From the NCBI GenBank assembly GCA_030265395.1, contig JARFYF010000058.1, positions 14,313,333 through 14,377,332 on the forward strand: a stretch of DNA of 64,000 nt, in the 5' to 3' direction. The translations under genes and the position numbers were made by a program. The stretch's first letter is position 1. Each line of letters starts with the position of its first letter. Positions 12,576 to 25,575 of the stretch are shown in pieces. Source of the stretch: Rhina ancylostomus (Eukaryota). Below the pieces are notes generated by a model that was not told the DNA's origin, did no database searches, and saw only the letters and a list, made by a program, of their open reading frames with translations.

Positions 12576-13959
12576 TTAGTATCCCATTGTTGCATATTTT
12601 AAACCTGAATTGAAGAATTACTGCATTCTCTGATTTAGTGTATATGGCCCAATGCCACCTCAGTAATGAAGATATGCCCATAACATGCCAAACACACACT
12701 TTGCTATAAATAACATTGAGGTTTGAAACTATACTATTGTGGTTCTGGAAGAATTAAGAGTGAATCAAAGGAGAGAAGAAAATAAAGGCATGTTTGCCTC
12801 GACATCTTTTCCAACATAAGAACTCCCAGCTGGTGGCAACAGCTGTTCATGTTGAAGAGTTAACTGTTTAGTTTGTAAGGAAATATTGAGGCCAAACGTT
12901 TAACGGAGGAACCGAGAAACATAAAATTTCCCAAAAATCTGACAGCAGCCATAAAAAATAAACCATGAAATGAAGAAAATATAGAAAGGTAGGTTATTTA
13001 ATGTTGTGCTCCATAAATGTACCCCATCTAGTGTGATGGGATGGGTGGAAATGGATGATTTATGTTTCCCATGGGGGTAGTAAATTCTGTCCGAAGCAGA
13101 CCCTGCCTTTCAGTTCACTCAAGCCTCATGCTCTCAGGCTGCATTCTTCTCTTTCCCAGCTCTTTAAGGCAGCATATTTTTCCTTCAAAATTGGTGCCAT
13201 GGGAGGATGTGTAGAAGACATTGCAATCCTTAGTGCACCCACTCCTGTGAACTTCCCAGGTTTTTGTAGTGGAGGAAAGAAACAGTTCATTCATAAAAGC
13301 CAGCATCCAAGGCTGGATGGCAGGTGGCTAAAAATAACAGTAGGATGCAGATGTCGACAAAAGTAGGTTTTATGTAGTATTAAAGTGTTTATTAAAGAGG
13401 CATTGTCTGGATCTGCATGGCTTTTGCTAGATAGGCAGGCTAACCAAAGAGTTTTCACCTTTTTCAAATATGTTTCTAGTAGTCTGATTATAATTACTTC
13501 TCTGCCAAACAAATTGAGGGCTGAGCAGATGTAACTGGACCACTAAGCCCCAAGGCCCAGCAATACTCAGCTGTGTATTAATGTTGATTTTTTAAAAATT
13601 AGTTGTTTTACTCTCTCCCCTCCCCCCTCTATTTGTTTTTAATACATTTTCCTCACCTCTGATAATGCCATGCATCACTCCTTGTGTGAGTGGGCTAGTT
13701 ACTTGGCAGGCAACCCCCAGGTCTCTGGGAATGATGCACCTGAACATGATTAAGTGCGGCTTGGAATGTTTATTGGCAGTTAATTGCCCTTCCTTTGATG
13801 CAGAAAGGGTTTTAAATCTGTGCTTCTTATTGGCATGGCAACCAAGTCTGGGATCTTGCTGTGCAAACATCTTGCACTCCCTGGTACAGGTTCCCCAATA
13901 TACATCTTTATGATATGGCAGCAAATGGACAATATGGTGACCAGTTTATCTGATTCCCA

Positions 13960-14460
13960 GCATTATACTCTTTTCTGTCCCAATATAAGAACTCCCAATC
14001 ACAAAAAATGTATCTATTTTGTTTTGCTTAGACCTTGCTTACAGTAATGCATGCAGTTCTGGCCACCATATTATAAAGAAGGTATAATGGCATCAGAAAG
14101 GAGGTGGAGAAGGTTTGCAAGGATGGTACTTGAAATACAAGTGGATAAGTATCAGGGAAGAACAAGTAGACTGCTTCCCTTTTCCACATGTTTGAAAAGC
14201 AGAACTAGGGGCCACCATTGTAACACAGGCACCAGGAGGTCCAATGGAGAATTCAGAAGAATGTTACCCAAAGTGGGATGAGAATGTGAAACATGCTCCC
14301 AGAGGGAGTGGACATAAATAATATAAATGCATTTAAGTTGAGGTTGGACAAGCCAACAAGGGAAAAGGAAGAGCTAGATTTAGAAGAGGAAAGACAGGAG
14401 GAGACTCAAATGGATTGGTTCAGCCAAATGGCCTGTTTTGGTGCGATATATCCAGTGCAA
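13960..14460 (+). mobile_element. CR1-type LINE fragment, decayed
   Basis: ORF remnants QFWPPYYKEGIMASERRWRRFARMV, SRTRGH and FKLRLDK. Confidence 0.75.
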
Positions 14461-17400
14461 ATGAAATTATATTTGAGCAAATGTTGTAAGTAGAAATGGA
14501 AGTAGAAAAGTGACATTCCGGCTAAGTTTGAACATTTTTAAGATCACAGATTGGATCATTCTCGTCTGATGCTTGGTCACAGACTTCCATGTTCTCACTG
14601 CTGCCTCTTTCTACACTTTCAGAGTTTGTGATCAGCTTTATAGTGTCTAAGCTGCAATGCAATTATGTTGAAAATGGCAGTTGTTAATAAAATAGATTGC
14701 CTGTGGAGGTTATATTTGCCAAGAAAATGGAAGATGTGGCTTTCTGTTTCTGTGTGTCAGGCACTCCATTTAGTATGAAAAATAAAACATGATCAAAAAT
14801 CATCTGTTTTTTGATCTTCTGAGCAGATCAAAAGTTCAATGATTTTCTTCCAGGGTCTTCAGTACATCATTTGAGTAAAGCATGAAGGACCTCAGACCGA
14901 TACATTGGTATTCAATGATGTACAAGCACATCTGAATGCTGCTTCCAGGAGTTTCATTTGCTGATGTTGGGCCTATGCCATCTGTCTGCTGTTCATGCAG
15001 AAACAGACTTCCAACTCACATGTGAGGTATGTCTCTTCATGACATAAGGTTGACTCTTTGGGCAGTGCTGTGAAACGAAATCAGGGAGGTTCACTTTAAG
15101 TAATTAATTTCTTTGTCTCTCTCTCTCTCTCTCTCTGGNNNNNNNNNNNNNNNNNNNNNNNNNNNNNNNNNNNNNNNNNNNNNNNNNNNNNNNNNNNNNN
15201 NNNNNNNNNNNNNNNNNNNNNNNNNNNNNNNNNNNNNNCGCCTCCATCCATGACTGTCAGTCATAGCCACCCAACCCTCAGCACCACCCATCCATTGAGG
15301 CTGTCCCACATTCTGAACCTTCCATTATCTCCCTCCACTGCATCAAATCCACCACCCCCCTCCCTACTATGCACATTTAAAAAAAATATAAGTAAGTTAA
15401 AATAGGTTTTCTACTTGCCATGATGTTATCCAGTTTTGAACTGTCTATAGCTACTCCTGCCGTATGTTTCATGCTGGGCCCATGATAAGTGCAAGTCATA
15501 ACCCTGGCATAGATTCTGTCTTTTCTTTCCAAAGTCACCAAAACAAGGGGGCTCACTGCAAGCACATGTATTACATGATTTGATGAAATACCTGACCTAT
15601 GGAGAATGCACTATTCCTAAATTTCTTTTATCGACCCATTCTTTTTCACTCTCTTCCTCATCTGCTGATTTTTTGACAATATTTTAATCATGGTTGATTT
15701 TCCAATTAATCTGCAGGCAACATTCAACTGTTTCCATCTTTGCACTGAGGTTTCTTTTTTTCAGTACCATGGCAAAAAAAAAGAGAAAAACATTGATAAA
15801 ACTTCACTGAAAAAACAACAATTACAAAAAGAAATTACTCCAAGGCCATTCTCTTTTAAGGGTTCCCCCATGTACAGAGCTTTCCTCTACATCCACTCCA
15901 GATGGGCAAGAGGACACAACATGATCCCTGCCCAAATCAACAGGAAATTGCACAAGGGGTCACTTCCATTTATTAATGAGGTCCTTTCTCAGAGCACTTT
16001 AGGGCCTTCTAACAGGCAAAATGAATCCCCACTCTCACATGTTTGTAACAGGCCAATGGGACCAGCACAGCTGGCCAGAAATCTAGCCCTTCCGATTCGT
16101 AACAAACAATGTGTAGACATTTCAGGACTTTGGTCTGCCGAGATTTGAGTTGTTGGTTTCCAGTTATCAATGTATCTAATAATCTTCATTGCATTATTAA
16201 GGAAAAGGGTCCCAAATTAGAAGAAGCATTTTGTAGGAGTATTATTTGAACTGCAGTCAAATTACTTATAATTTCATATCATCTTTTTAAGTATTGATTG
16301 ATCCCTAATTTACTTGTAATTAATATTAGCATTATGTTAATTAATACAAAACAAAGTTCATTGAATTTCATTTAATATTTGACATTATTTCTGGCAGTGG
16401 CAAGTGTGACAACTTGGAATTTGTGGCTGGAATAGAAAAATGCTTGTAACCATTAAACGGTGAAATTTTGGGACTGCCACACAAATGCAGTTTTACATGG
16501 GAATCCCAAAATTTGCTGCCTATGGGTCATCCTCCTTCACAGGTGGTCCTCTGCACACAAGGGAGATTAGCGACCAGTCAAGAAATTGAGGTATTTACAA
16601 ATCCTCGCTCTCTAAAATATCCTCAAATTGTCACATTTTGTGGCATGACATGTGAATTTTTAATGCCCTACTAAGACAAAATTCTCACTCCCTAGCAAAA
16701 CCCAGTATTTTGTTTGTGAAATTTAATTCTCAAACATTTCGAAATATGATATTGAAATAATGTATTACCTATTTTTACTTTTTAATAAATTCACTTTGGA
16801 TATCTCTGCTTCTCTTGTGTGTATGTTCCACTTATTTATTTTGCACTCTGTGAAATACTTAATATGTTAGCTGTCTGTGAGAATTCTTTAACTAATTGGT
16901 TTTCAGCCAGCTTGGTGACTTTACTAAATTTCTGTGCACCATATATCCCTTTGAAGTGACTGAAGTAACAAAAGGGGAAGCTCACACCACAGAGACTGCT
17001 TGATGATCAGAAATGGAAATGTCTGCTATGCAGTATGGTAGCTGTTGTGAAATTCCAGGAAACAATGACATGAGAGAGGTTAACAAATCCAAGCTCTTCT
17101 GAACTTTTTTCCAACCAAAAACATCGAATAAGTGTTATAGCAGTCATTGTTCTTTTCATAGGGAACAAATATATTTATGGTCAACTTACTTTGGATTGGG
17201 AATGGATCACAAAGACTTCACATTAAAATTAATCAGTCTTTGTTTAATTTAGTATGTAGGTTAAAGAACAATTTTTATTGTGTCAGAATTTTGTGGATAT
17301 CTCTCCTTGTGGTGTCATCAGCAATGAGTAGGATCTGTAAAGTGATCATTGATTAAACAAGAGAAGAATGAGGCCTTGGCTCACAGTAATGTTGAATTCT

Positions 17401-20039
17401 AAAAGACTAATTGCAAGTTTAAATTAGCCAGCTGAGTATTTATTATCACAGCTGTAAATAATTAGAGAAAAATACTTTTAAATAGGGCCAGAAAAACTGG
17501 ATGATGTCACCCGGAAAGGTTTGTATGGTGTTGATCACATCTGCATCTCTTTTCATAATGGCACCTCCTTTCTTCAATCCAGTCTATTACTGTCATACTG
17601 GATGAATCAGATTTGAACTCCACAATGAAGCAAGTTTGTCAGCATGACCACTGACCCCAATCATATTGTTGTAGAGGTGTATAAAACTAATATTTTCATT
17701 TCGAAGTGTTTCGCATCTCCTACATGTGAATCGGACATGGATTGTCTTTAGAGTAAATCTTTAATCTGGATTATCCACCCATTAATTTTTGAATGCCATT
17801 CAGTAATGTCAAGCTGTCACACTAGTGAATATGCCTTAAATTAGCAAATATTTTCACCAATATAAAAACTGCTAAGGCTGGACTAGTGCTAGAGTTATCC
17901 CATGTAGCAAGATATTAATCTTCAGTGCATCATCATACTTACTGCAATATTGTATTGTTCAATTGATTCTAAATTAATGGCTAATTTAGATGAGGCATTA
18001 AGCATATGCAATAGATTGACTGAGATTGAATCAATATGTGTTACTACTCCATGCACATGGTTAGATTTACTCTGTTGGCCTTGAATTAATTTAGGTCAAA
18101 CCATGTAAACATTCGAGCTGCACTTATGCAGAATATCTTCCATGGAAATCAACATCTAAGCTTGGGAATTAATGTGGAGTATGTTCATTTGGATTCAGTT
18201 TGACTTCTTGTGTCGCTCATCATTTGTGCAATTTGTTTAGTTCAGCTTTTTATTTCTACTCTCTTTCACATCATCGGAATCATAATTTTTGCCATGAGAA
18301 CATTTACACAGCAGTGAATATTACTTTTCTCTGTGTGACCACAGTCCTTAACACTTTCAATTTTATAGGCAGCCACATCCAGGAAGAATAGTTTGTTGCT
18401 GTGACAGTGTACTTCATCACCATTTTAAAAATTGTTATCACAAACCTAATCAGCAATTCAGAAACACAAACTACTCTATAATTTGCAATGTAGATTTCAA
18501 TCATTATCAAACTTTCTGTGAAGCAAGTTACCACTTTAATTCAAAAGCTGTAAATTTGATGTGTGATCATTTAAGATTCAAGAGCCCTTGCTTTATTTTT
18601 ATGATTGAAAATCAAGTTATAAATGACTATAGTAGTCTCACATCCATTGACATTAACAAAATCTCATTAGATCTGGGAATGTATGGGAACATTCTGTTAG
18701 TGTAAGGATCAGGAAAAACCAGCTGGAAGTCTGCTCTCCAGATCTTACCGAAGAATTCAGACTAGAAGAAGGTTGACTCATTTCCACATTGTGACGCAGC
18801 CCAGGATAGAATATGCTTGGAATTCATTGAAAGATGCTTTCTTGTTCACTAAAGGTGACATGTCCAAGAAATACTTTTCTACCATATTCAATGTAAAGTA
18901 ATGTTATAAATTTCTACAATTCCATCATTGAACATTATAAGAAAAAAATCCAATTTATCATTACTATAAAAGCAAATTATGCTTATGGAAAATTGACCTT
19001 GATAAAGTGCTTGTATCCAAAAGCTATTGCACACAACTGATCTGTGTAACCCGTCTCCAACCTCACTCATTAGAACTAAATTCTAACTTTGAAATTGAAT
19101 TGATGTATCCATTTCAGATTGAGTTTTTATTCATTGAATTTTCAGTTTGCTACGTAAATTAATGCTGAAAATAGCAACCAAAGTCAGTGATAAGAAAGCT
19201 TTCTACATCAGGATGGTTATGCACAGTCAATATCCAGATATAATAATCTGTCAAGATAGTACTAAAATTGGTGGTGTCTTGTCCATCTTCATGTTGCATT
19301 AAATACTGTTTCCTCAAACTCTGTATTTTACAGTAGTGAGCTATGATTNNNNNNNNNNTTGAAATATATCAACTGTGATGTTCCAATTGGAATAAGTGGA
19401 TAAAGAACCTGTGGAAGCTACCTTTCAGATGAAATGATTCCAAACAGTTTCTTGCTTCACATCACCAGCCTTGATAGTCTTTTAGCCCATTTATTACTCC
19501 TCAGCTATCTATCTTTTTATCATAAGATTGAAGATTTCTGCTAACACTGAACTCCATAATTGGGTTAAACTGGTTAGCTTGAGGGGATGAGGAATTTTCT
19601 AATTATGTAATATTTGGGTGTAATTCACTAAATCAAAACACTGTAAAACTAAACAACCTCCCATGGTTTGGCTCCAGAATAATATGGAATCAAGTTTGGT
19701 TGTCAGGTTTATTGTAGCTGGTTCATCCCTTTAAGTTCACAACTCATTTGCCCCCTGTGAAAACAGCGTAGAGAGACACATCCTGACATCAGTTACTGGC
19801 TAAGTACTGTGGGATGTTTCTCTACCTGGTCAGATGTTCTCCTTGAGGAGAGGTCACATTATCCAAATATCAGAAGAAAGAGCTACAAAATGACTAATTT
19901 TCTTTCTTTTCATATGTATATTTTAAAATGTAGTTATTTTTCATAACTTTAATACAAAGTTTTGTATTTAAAGTATCTGAGACCCTAAGTTCTTTCTATA
20001 GCTGGACCCAAATGGCAGCATTGTCATGTTCAAATCCAA

Positions 20040-20920
20040 ATGTAGTTGGTTCAAGACCCTCTTCCAAGGGCGAAACACAAAGATCTGGGCTGTTGCTTTA
20101 ATACAGTACCATAGACATTCTGCATTGTTAGAGCTGCAGTCCCTCAGATAAGATGCTAAACTGATAGATGTAAAAGATTCCACAGTGCTTTTTGATGAGG
20201 AGCAGTGGATTATCCCTGCTGAAAAGTTTTTTAAAAACTGCAGATACTGGAAATCTGAAATAAAAACAGAAACTGCCAGAAACACTCAGCAGGTTAGGCA
20301 GCATCTATGGAAAGAGGTACAGAGTTAACATTTCAGGTACTTCATCAGAGCTGGGGAAGATAGAAAGTAAGTTAGTTTTAAGCTGCAGAGAGGGTAGTGT
20401 GTGATATGAACAGGGCAAAGAGAATATCTCCAATAGGGTGCGACCAGGGTGGCTGTGGATATAGGCAGTAAGAGGTCACCCAGCAGTTGGGTTAATAGGG
20501 AGAGTTAGAGAGTGAGAATACAAACAAAGGAATGTAAAAATTGTGAAATACAGGATTGTAAAACATGCCCAGCTGGTCAGCTTGTGCTAAGAAAAGAGGA
20601 GACAGAAAGGCTGAGCCAAGATCACTGCCAACTGACATACAGCGGATAGCCAGTTCTGATAGAAACAAAGAAAGCTGACTTTGAAAGATTCAATATTTGA
20701 GTCTGGCAGGTTGGTGTCTAAGACAACATGTATCATTTAATCAATACCATCAACAGATTATTTGTTCATTATCACATGACTCCTTGTGGAAACTTGAGGT
20801 GGGTGAATTAGATGCTCCATTTCCTGCATATAAAGTATGACTACATTTCAGAAACACTTCATTTTGGAGGGTTTTGGGATATCCTAAAACGGGTATTAAA
20901 GGTTCTATGTACATTCAAGT
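20040..20920 (+). mobile_element. DeuSINE-like element split by a Penelope-like insertion (about 20230-20700)
   Basis: The 5' half ends near 20220; the 3' half resumes near 20750 (ACAGATTATTTGTTCATTATCACAT). Confidence 0.55.
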
Positions 20921-20934
20921 GGAACCAAAGTGCT

Positions 20935-21140
20935 AAAACTGCTAATTTTGGAAATCTGAAATAAAAGCAGATAACACTGGAAATACTCAGCAGGTCAGGC
21001 AGCATCTGTGGAGAGAGAAACAGAGGTAATACTTCAGTTGCTGGCCATTCATTGGAATTTTCATCAACCTGCAATGCTAACTCTGGTTCTCTCTCCACAG
21101 ATAGCTTGCTGATAATTTCCAATATTTTCTGGTTTCATTA
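20935..21140. mobile_element. Fold-back Penelope-like terminal-repeat element
   Basis: CTGTGGAGAGAGAAACAGAG ... CTCTGGTTCTCTCTCCACAG inverted arms. Confidence 0.6.
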
Positions 21141-22029
21141 ATCTAAATTCATGTTTTTCTTACCATCTTTAAACAGAAAAGGTTTCAATGCACTTACTTT
21201 ATACTGACTGGTCAAAAATTTCTTGATAATATTTTCATTTTACTACCTTGCAGCAATAGCCTCAGCAGTCAGTTTATGAAAATCCCCCTGAATCCTTTAA
21301 ATCCTATGAAAATACCTTAGNNNNNNNNNNNNNNNNNNNNNNNNNNNNNNNNNNNNNNNNNNNNNNNNNNNNNNNNNNNNNNNNNNNNNNNNNNNNNNNN
21401 NNNNNNNNNNNNNNNNNNNNNNNNNNNNNNNNNNNNNNNNNNNNNNNNNTTAATGTCATCATAGCTGTAGTCTTCCACAATAATTGAGAACACATTTGGA
21501 GATCAGTTTCAGCTCCCTTCCCCTATCTAACTGTCTGGACACACAGTGTTATTAAACAATTTCTATCAGGAATGCAAACCTGCAAAGAACTTATCATTCT
21601 AATTTAATTCTCCCTAGATTTTATAGCCATCAATTGAAGTAATTGTCCATTGTCTTGGGTTCTTGCTAGAAACTGTAGAACATCTCCAGATTTGTGGATC
21701 TTCTATTCCAGTTTCAGCCCTGCAACTCTGGGCATGTTTACAGTTTTCCCTTTGGTCTAAAACTTTGGACAAACTGGATTTAGTTATATTGTAAGGAATT
21801 TAAATGTGCTTTTTCTATTATTTGTTATAATTGTCCAGTTTAAGGATTGTTTTTTATTTATTTCTTCTCTGCTAGTAATGGAAGTGATATAATTGTTCAT
21901 GCTGAATGTTGAATTAAGGTTCCTAACTCCTTAGATAGATAAATGGGATTCTTCTGGACATTCTTCCTTTTCAGTCGCAAGACTAATATTATCCCCATCC
22001 TCAGAGAGGTTTACAAAGACAACTCAGAG

Positions 22030-22285
22030 ACTTAAGAAGGGCATTTGAAGTCACATTTTAGCTGGATAAGGGATTCAGATCTCCTTCTTTAAAGGACATT
22101 AGTGAACCAAATGATTTTTTATGAGAATCTGATACTTTCATGATACTAGCTTTTTATTCCACATTTACTTAAACAGTCAAATTTAACTTCCCCATCTGCC
22201 ATTGTGGCAACTGAACTCAAATCATCAATTCATTTGACCAAGTGTCTGGATTATTAATCCAGTAATTTTACCAGTGTATTTCTGT
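22030..22285 (-). mobile_element. SINE-like family B fragment
   Basis: AAGGACATTAGTGAACCA...ACTAGCTTTTTATTCC...CTGGATTATTAATCCAGTAA. Confidence 0.6.
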
Positions 22286-24324
22286 ATTCTACAATAGGGC
22301 AGGAAATGAAGGTTTGAGGTAAATAATAATAATTAAGGAATAGTAATACAGGAATTTTAATCAAAACAAGCATTTTCTTCACAAATAGTACAATCAACAA
22401 AACTAACCATTCACTATAAATGAATGGGACACTTTTAACATAAACAAAAGTGCATATCAGATCAGAGCAAATGAAACATTAACTCTAACAATGGAGATAA
22501 TCAATGAGATATCAACCACAAAAGAAACTTAAATTAAGATAATAAATTACAGTAGAAGATTAATGAGGCAATTACTCTCCATGCAAAAACATTTAAACAG
22601 TGTGTGTACATAACTGAAGCCTGTGCTTGCAGGAAAACATTACATAGGTATAAAGTTCACAGCCAAAACTGTGAACCCAAACTCTTCAAAAAAGGCAAGT
22701 CTTAAATCGCTGGAGTAATACTTCCATTTATCACAACCAAATGAGCAATTGAAATCATGACTCTCTGTAGGCATAAGTTGGTGCAATGGTAGGGATGAGG
22801 ATATTATAGAGTAGTTTTAAAAAACAGCTGACAATTTCAAGCTGTGAATCCACTCACATTCTGCTAGAGGGATGGTATTTCTCAATAGGAAACTTCCATA
22901 AGTTCCTCCCAAGTTAAACATTTGAATTGCGCTCAGCCGGTGAGTATTCAGGATAGGAAGTGTATATTATGCCCTTACTGTGAACTGGGTTTCAGTTCAT
23001 CTGCATTCTTAATACCTTATGGCAGTGGAAATCAGAAGGGGCCCTGCAGTGTGGGGCCAACATTCCTGGTGGAAATATTAAACAGAGGTTCTGTCACCTT
23101 GTCCTGCTCAATGATAAAGGTCTCATGACACCAATCATAAAATAAGATAGACTGGGTATCTGTAATCATCCCACAAAAACTTTTCCATTTGCTTCCAGTC
23201 CTCATTCTAAATGTGGTGGAAAATTATATAGATAGCCTTCTGAAATATTTCCAAAATAAACAGCATAGTTAATGCAAATTTAATTAATACCGTATTATGT
23301 ATGATTTATGATCGATCATTTACCATTAGCCAATAAAGCAAAGGAAGAGAACCTTTTGACTCTTTCATGATGCTTGAAGCCATTGGTTTCTTGAATATAA
23401 ATTACTAGTTATTTTTCAAATGTGGATTTTAATTTACATCATTTATATTAGACAGAAAATATGTAATTGCTTCTTTTCCTTTAATGTATCAGTAAAATAT
23501 GAAATATCTCTGGTCTCATTTCTCTAATGAATCTCTGATAAAATACTTTAATATATTGCATGACCTTTATCCTTACTTGTTACAGATAAGTTACAGACAT
23601 TCATGGTACAGTATGGGCAGACCATATGTTTCAGTATGGAGATTTCACTGCCTAGTTTCCCACATGCAGTCATAATGACCTGCTTTTCACAGTTACCACA
23701 GCATTTGCAAGTTCAAAGGTCACGCTGCTTTGATGTCAAGCACGAAATGTTTCCTCACAAAACAATAACATACAACTTCAGCATGGACAGATGGTCCAAA
23801 CAGCCTTCGTTGGGACACGCTTTAATTTAAACAGTCATTGTTCAACCTGGATTTAATCTGTGGCTTGTTAAACGGACCCATTTATCAAACGCAAGTACTG
23901 ATGTACAAAACCAGGGTGAGCAGCTGTTGATATGGCAATTTCAATCCTTTAACCTATAGGAGAACCTTTTGACACCTTGGTAATATTTCCATAGAAATTC
24001 CTCCAGACACCCTCTGTGCAGCAGCCTCTTGCCTAAACACTTGATGCCATGACCTTTGACATAACACACATTGGGTCACTGTGATACACTGATCGTACCA
24101 TTATAAATGCTACTTCTGCCAGCCAATTATATAAACAGCAGAGCATCACTCTTGCCACTTCTCTCAACTCCCAACCAGTGTCGGTGACCAAATAAATATA
24201 GCTATCCATCTCTCTGTCTCCATCGATCTATGCCTCACTCCATCTTCTATTCCCTTCTTCTTTTGTCTTCATTTTTCTCTCATTTGCTTCTGTGTATTTT
24301 TCTTCCCAATTTCTCAAGTACCAG

Positions 24325-25000
24325 CTGTGGTAACATTCTCACTTTTGAAAGAAAAAATTGTGTGTTTTAAATCCACTCCCAAGTTTTAAAGATAAATTCT
24401 AGGCTGTCACTCCAGTTCAGCACTGAAGGGATACAACCCTATTAGGCAATGCCTTTCAGTTGAGATGCTAAACCAGTTGAGATGCCCTCTTAACTGAAAA
24501 ATCTACAGAAATGTTTTTGAGAAGCAATGGAGTTCTCTCCAGTGTCCTGGTGAATATTTGTGTCTCAAGATTAGTAGGTTCTTACTACTTTGCTGTTGGT
24601 GAGAAACAGTATTTTTTTTGTGTATGTAAATACTCAGAGAAATGACAATAAAGTAAATGTTGAATCTTGNNNNNNNNNNNNNNNNNNNNNNNNNNNNNNN
24701 NNNNNNNNNNNNNNNNNNNNNNNNNNNNNNNNNNNNNNNNNNNNNNNNNNNNNNNNNNNNNNNNNNNNNTGGTGAGAAACAGTATTTTTTTTGTGTATGT
24801 AAATACTCAGAGAAATGACAATAAAGTAAATGTTGAATCTTGAATCTTCAGTTTTGAATCTTGTTTGTAGGACCCTGTGTTATGAATTCTGACTGCTACT
24901 TTTCTTATATGGTTGGGACGACACTTCCAAAAAGTACTTTGTTAACTCTAAGGGGCTTTAGGATTGTGAAAGGTGCTACATAAAAACAATCACTTCTTTA
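24325..25000 (+). mobile_element. DeuSINE-like element with an internal insertion and gap (about 24570-24860)
   Basis: GGAGTTCTCTCCAGTGTCCTGG and the tail GTGAAAGGTGCTACATAAA. Confidence 0.55.
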
Positions 25001-25089
25001 TACTTTAGGATAAGATAGATAAAATCCCTCAGGACTCAGCAATGAATTCAGCAATTTCAAACAACAATTCTTTTCAATTTGTTTCAGAA

Positions 25090-25575
25090 TTGGCTAGTCT
25101 GATGAAAGGTCTTCAACCTGCAACGTTAATCCAATTTTTCTCTCTCCACAGATGCTGCCTGAACTGTTGACTATTTCTAGCATTCTTTTTAGTTGCCAGT
25201 TTTCAGTAATTTCAGTATTCAGTATCTTACTGTTCCAGTATTGCCTTTTTTCTCTCTCCTCTGTCTTCTTTCATCTCTTTCTATTTATGTCTCCTCCAGT
25301 CAAATCAGCAGGCCTTCACCATTCTCTCTTAGCTCATGCTTCTTCCATCACATTCTCTTGAGATCTGCACCCTATCAGACACTTTCCTTTGATGCTCTCC
25401 ATCCTTTCCCTTTCTCTCAAAGGATATTCGTTTCCTAACTTTGCCTAATTCTGATGAAAGGTCGCTGAAAAGGTCACTTCTTTCTCTCTCCAAGTATTCT
25501 GTCTGAGCCATTAAGAATGTCCAGTATTTTCTATTTTTATTTCAGATTTCCAGCATCCACAATTTTTTTGCTTTT
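25090..25575 (+). mobile_element. Direct tandem of Penelope-like terminal repeats with hammerhead-like cores
   Basis: CTGATGAAAGGTC at 25099 and 25451, each followed by related CTCTCTCCA...CAGCAT/CAGTAT sequence. Confidence 0.6.

Noticed and set aside
14854-15027. Exon-like segment with a TTTTCTTCCAG acceptor and GAG|GTATGT donor on the plus strand
   Set aside because: Stops in all three frames and no partner exons; at most a non-coding exon, unsupported.
24597-24842. Identical ~73-bp direct repeat around an N gap
   Set aside because: Same scaffolding artefact pattern.
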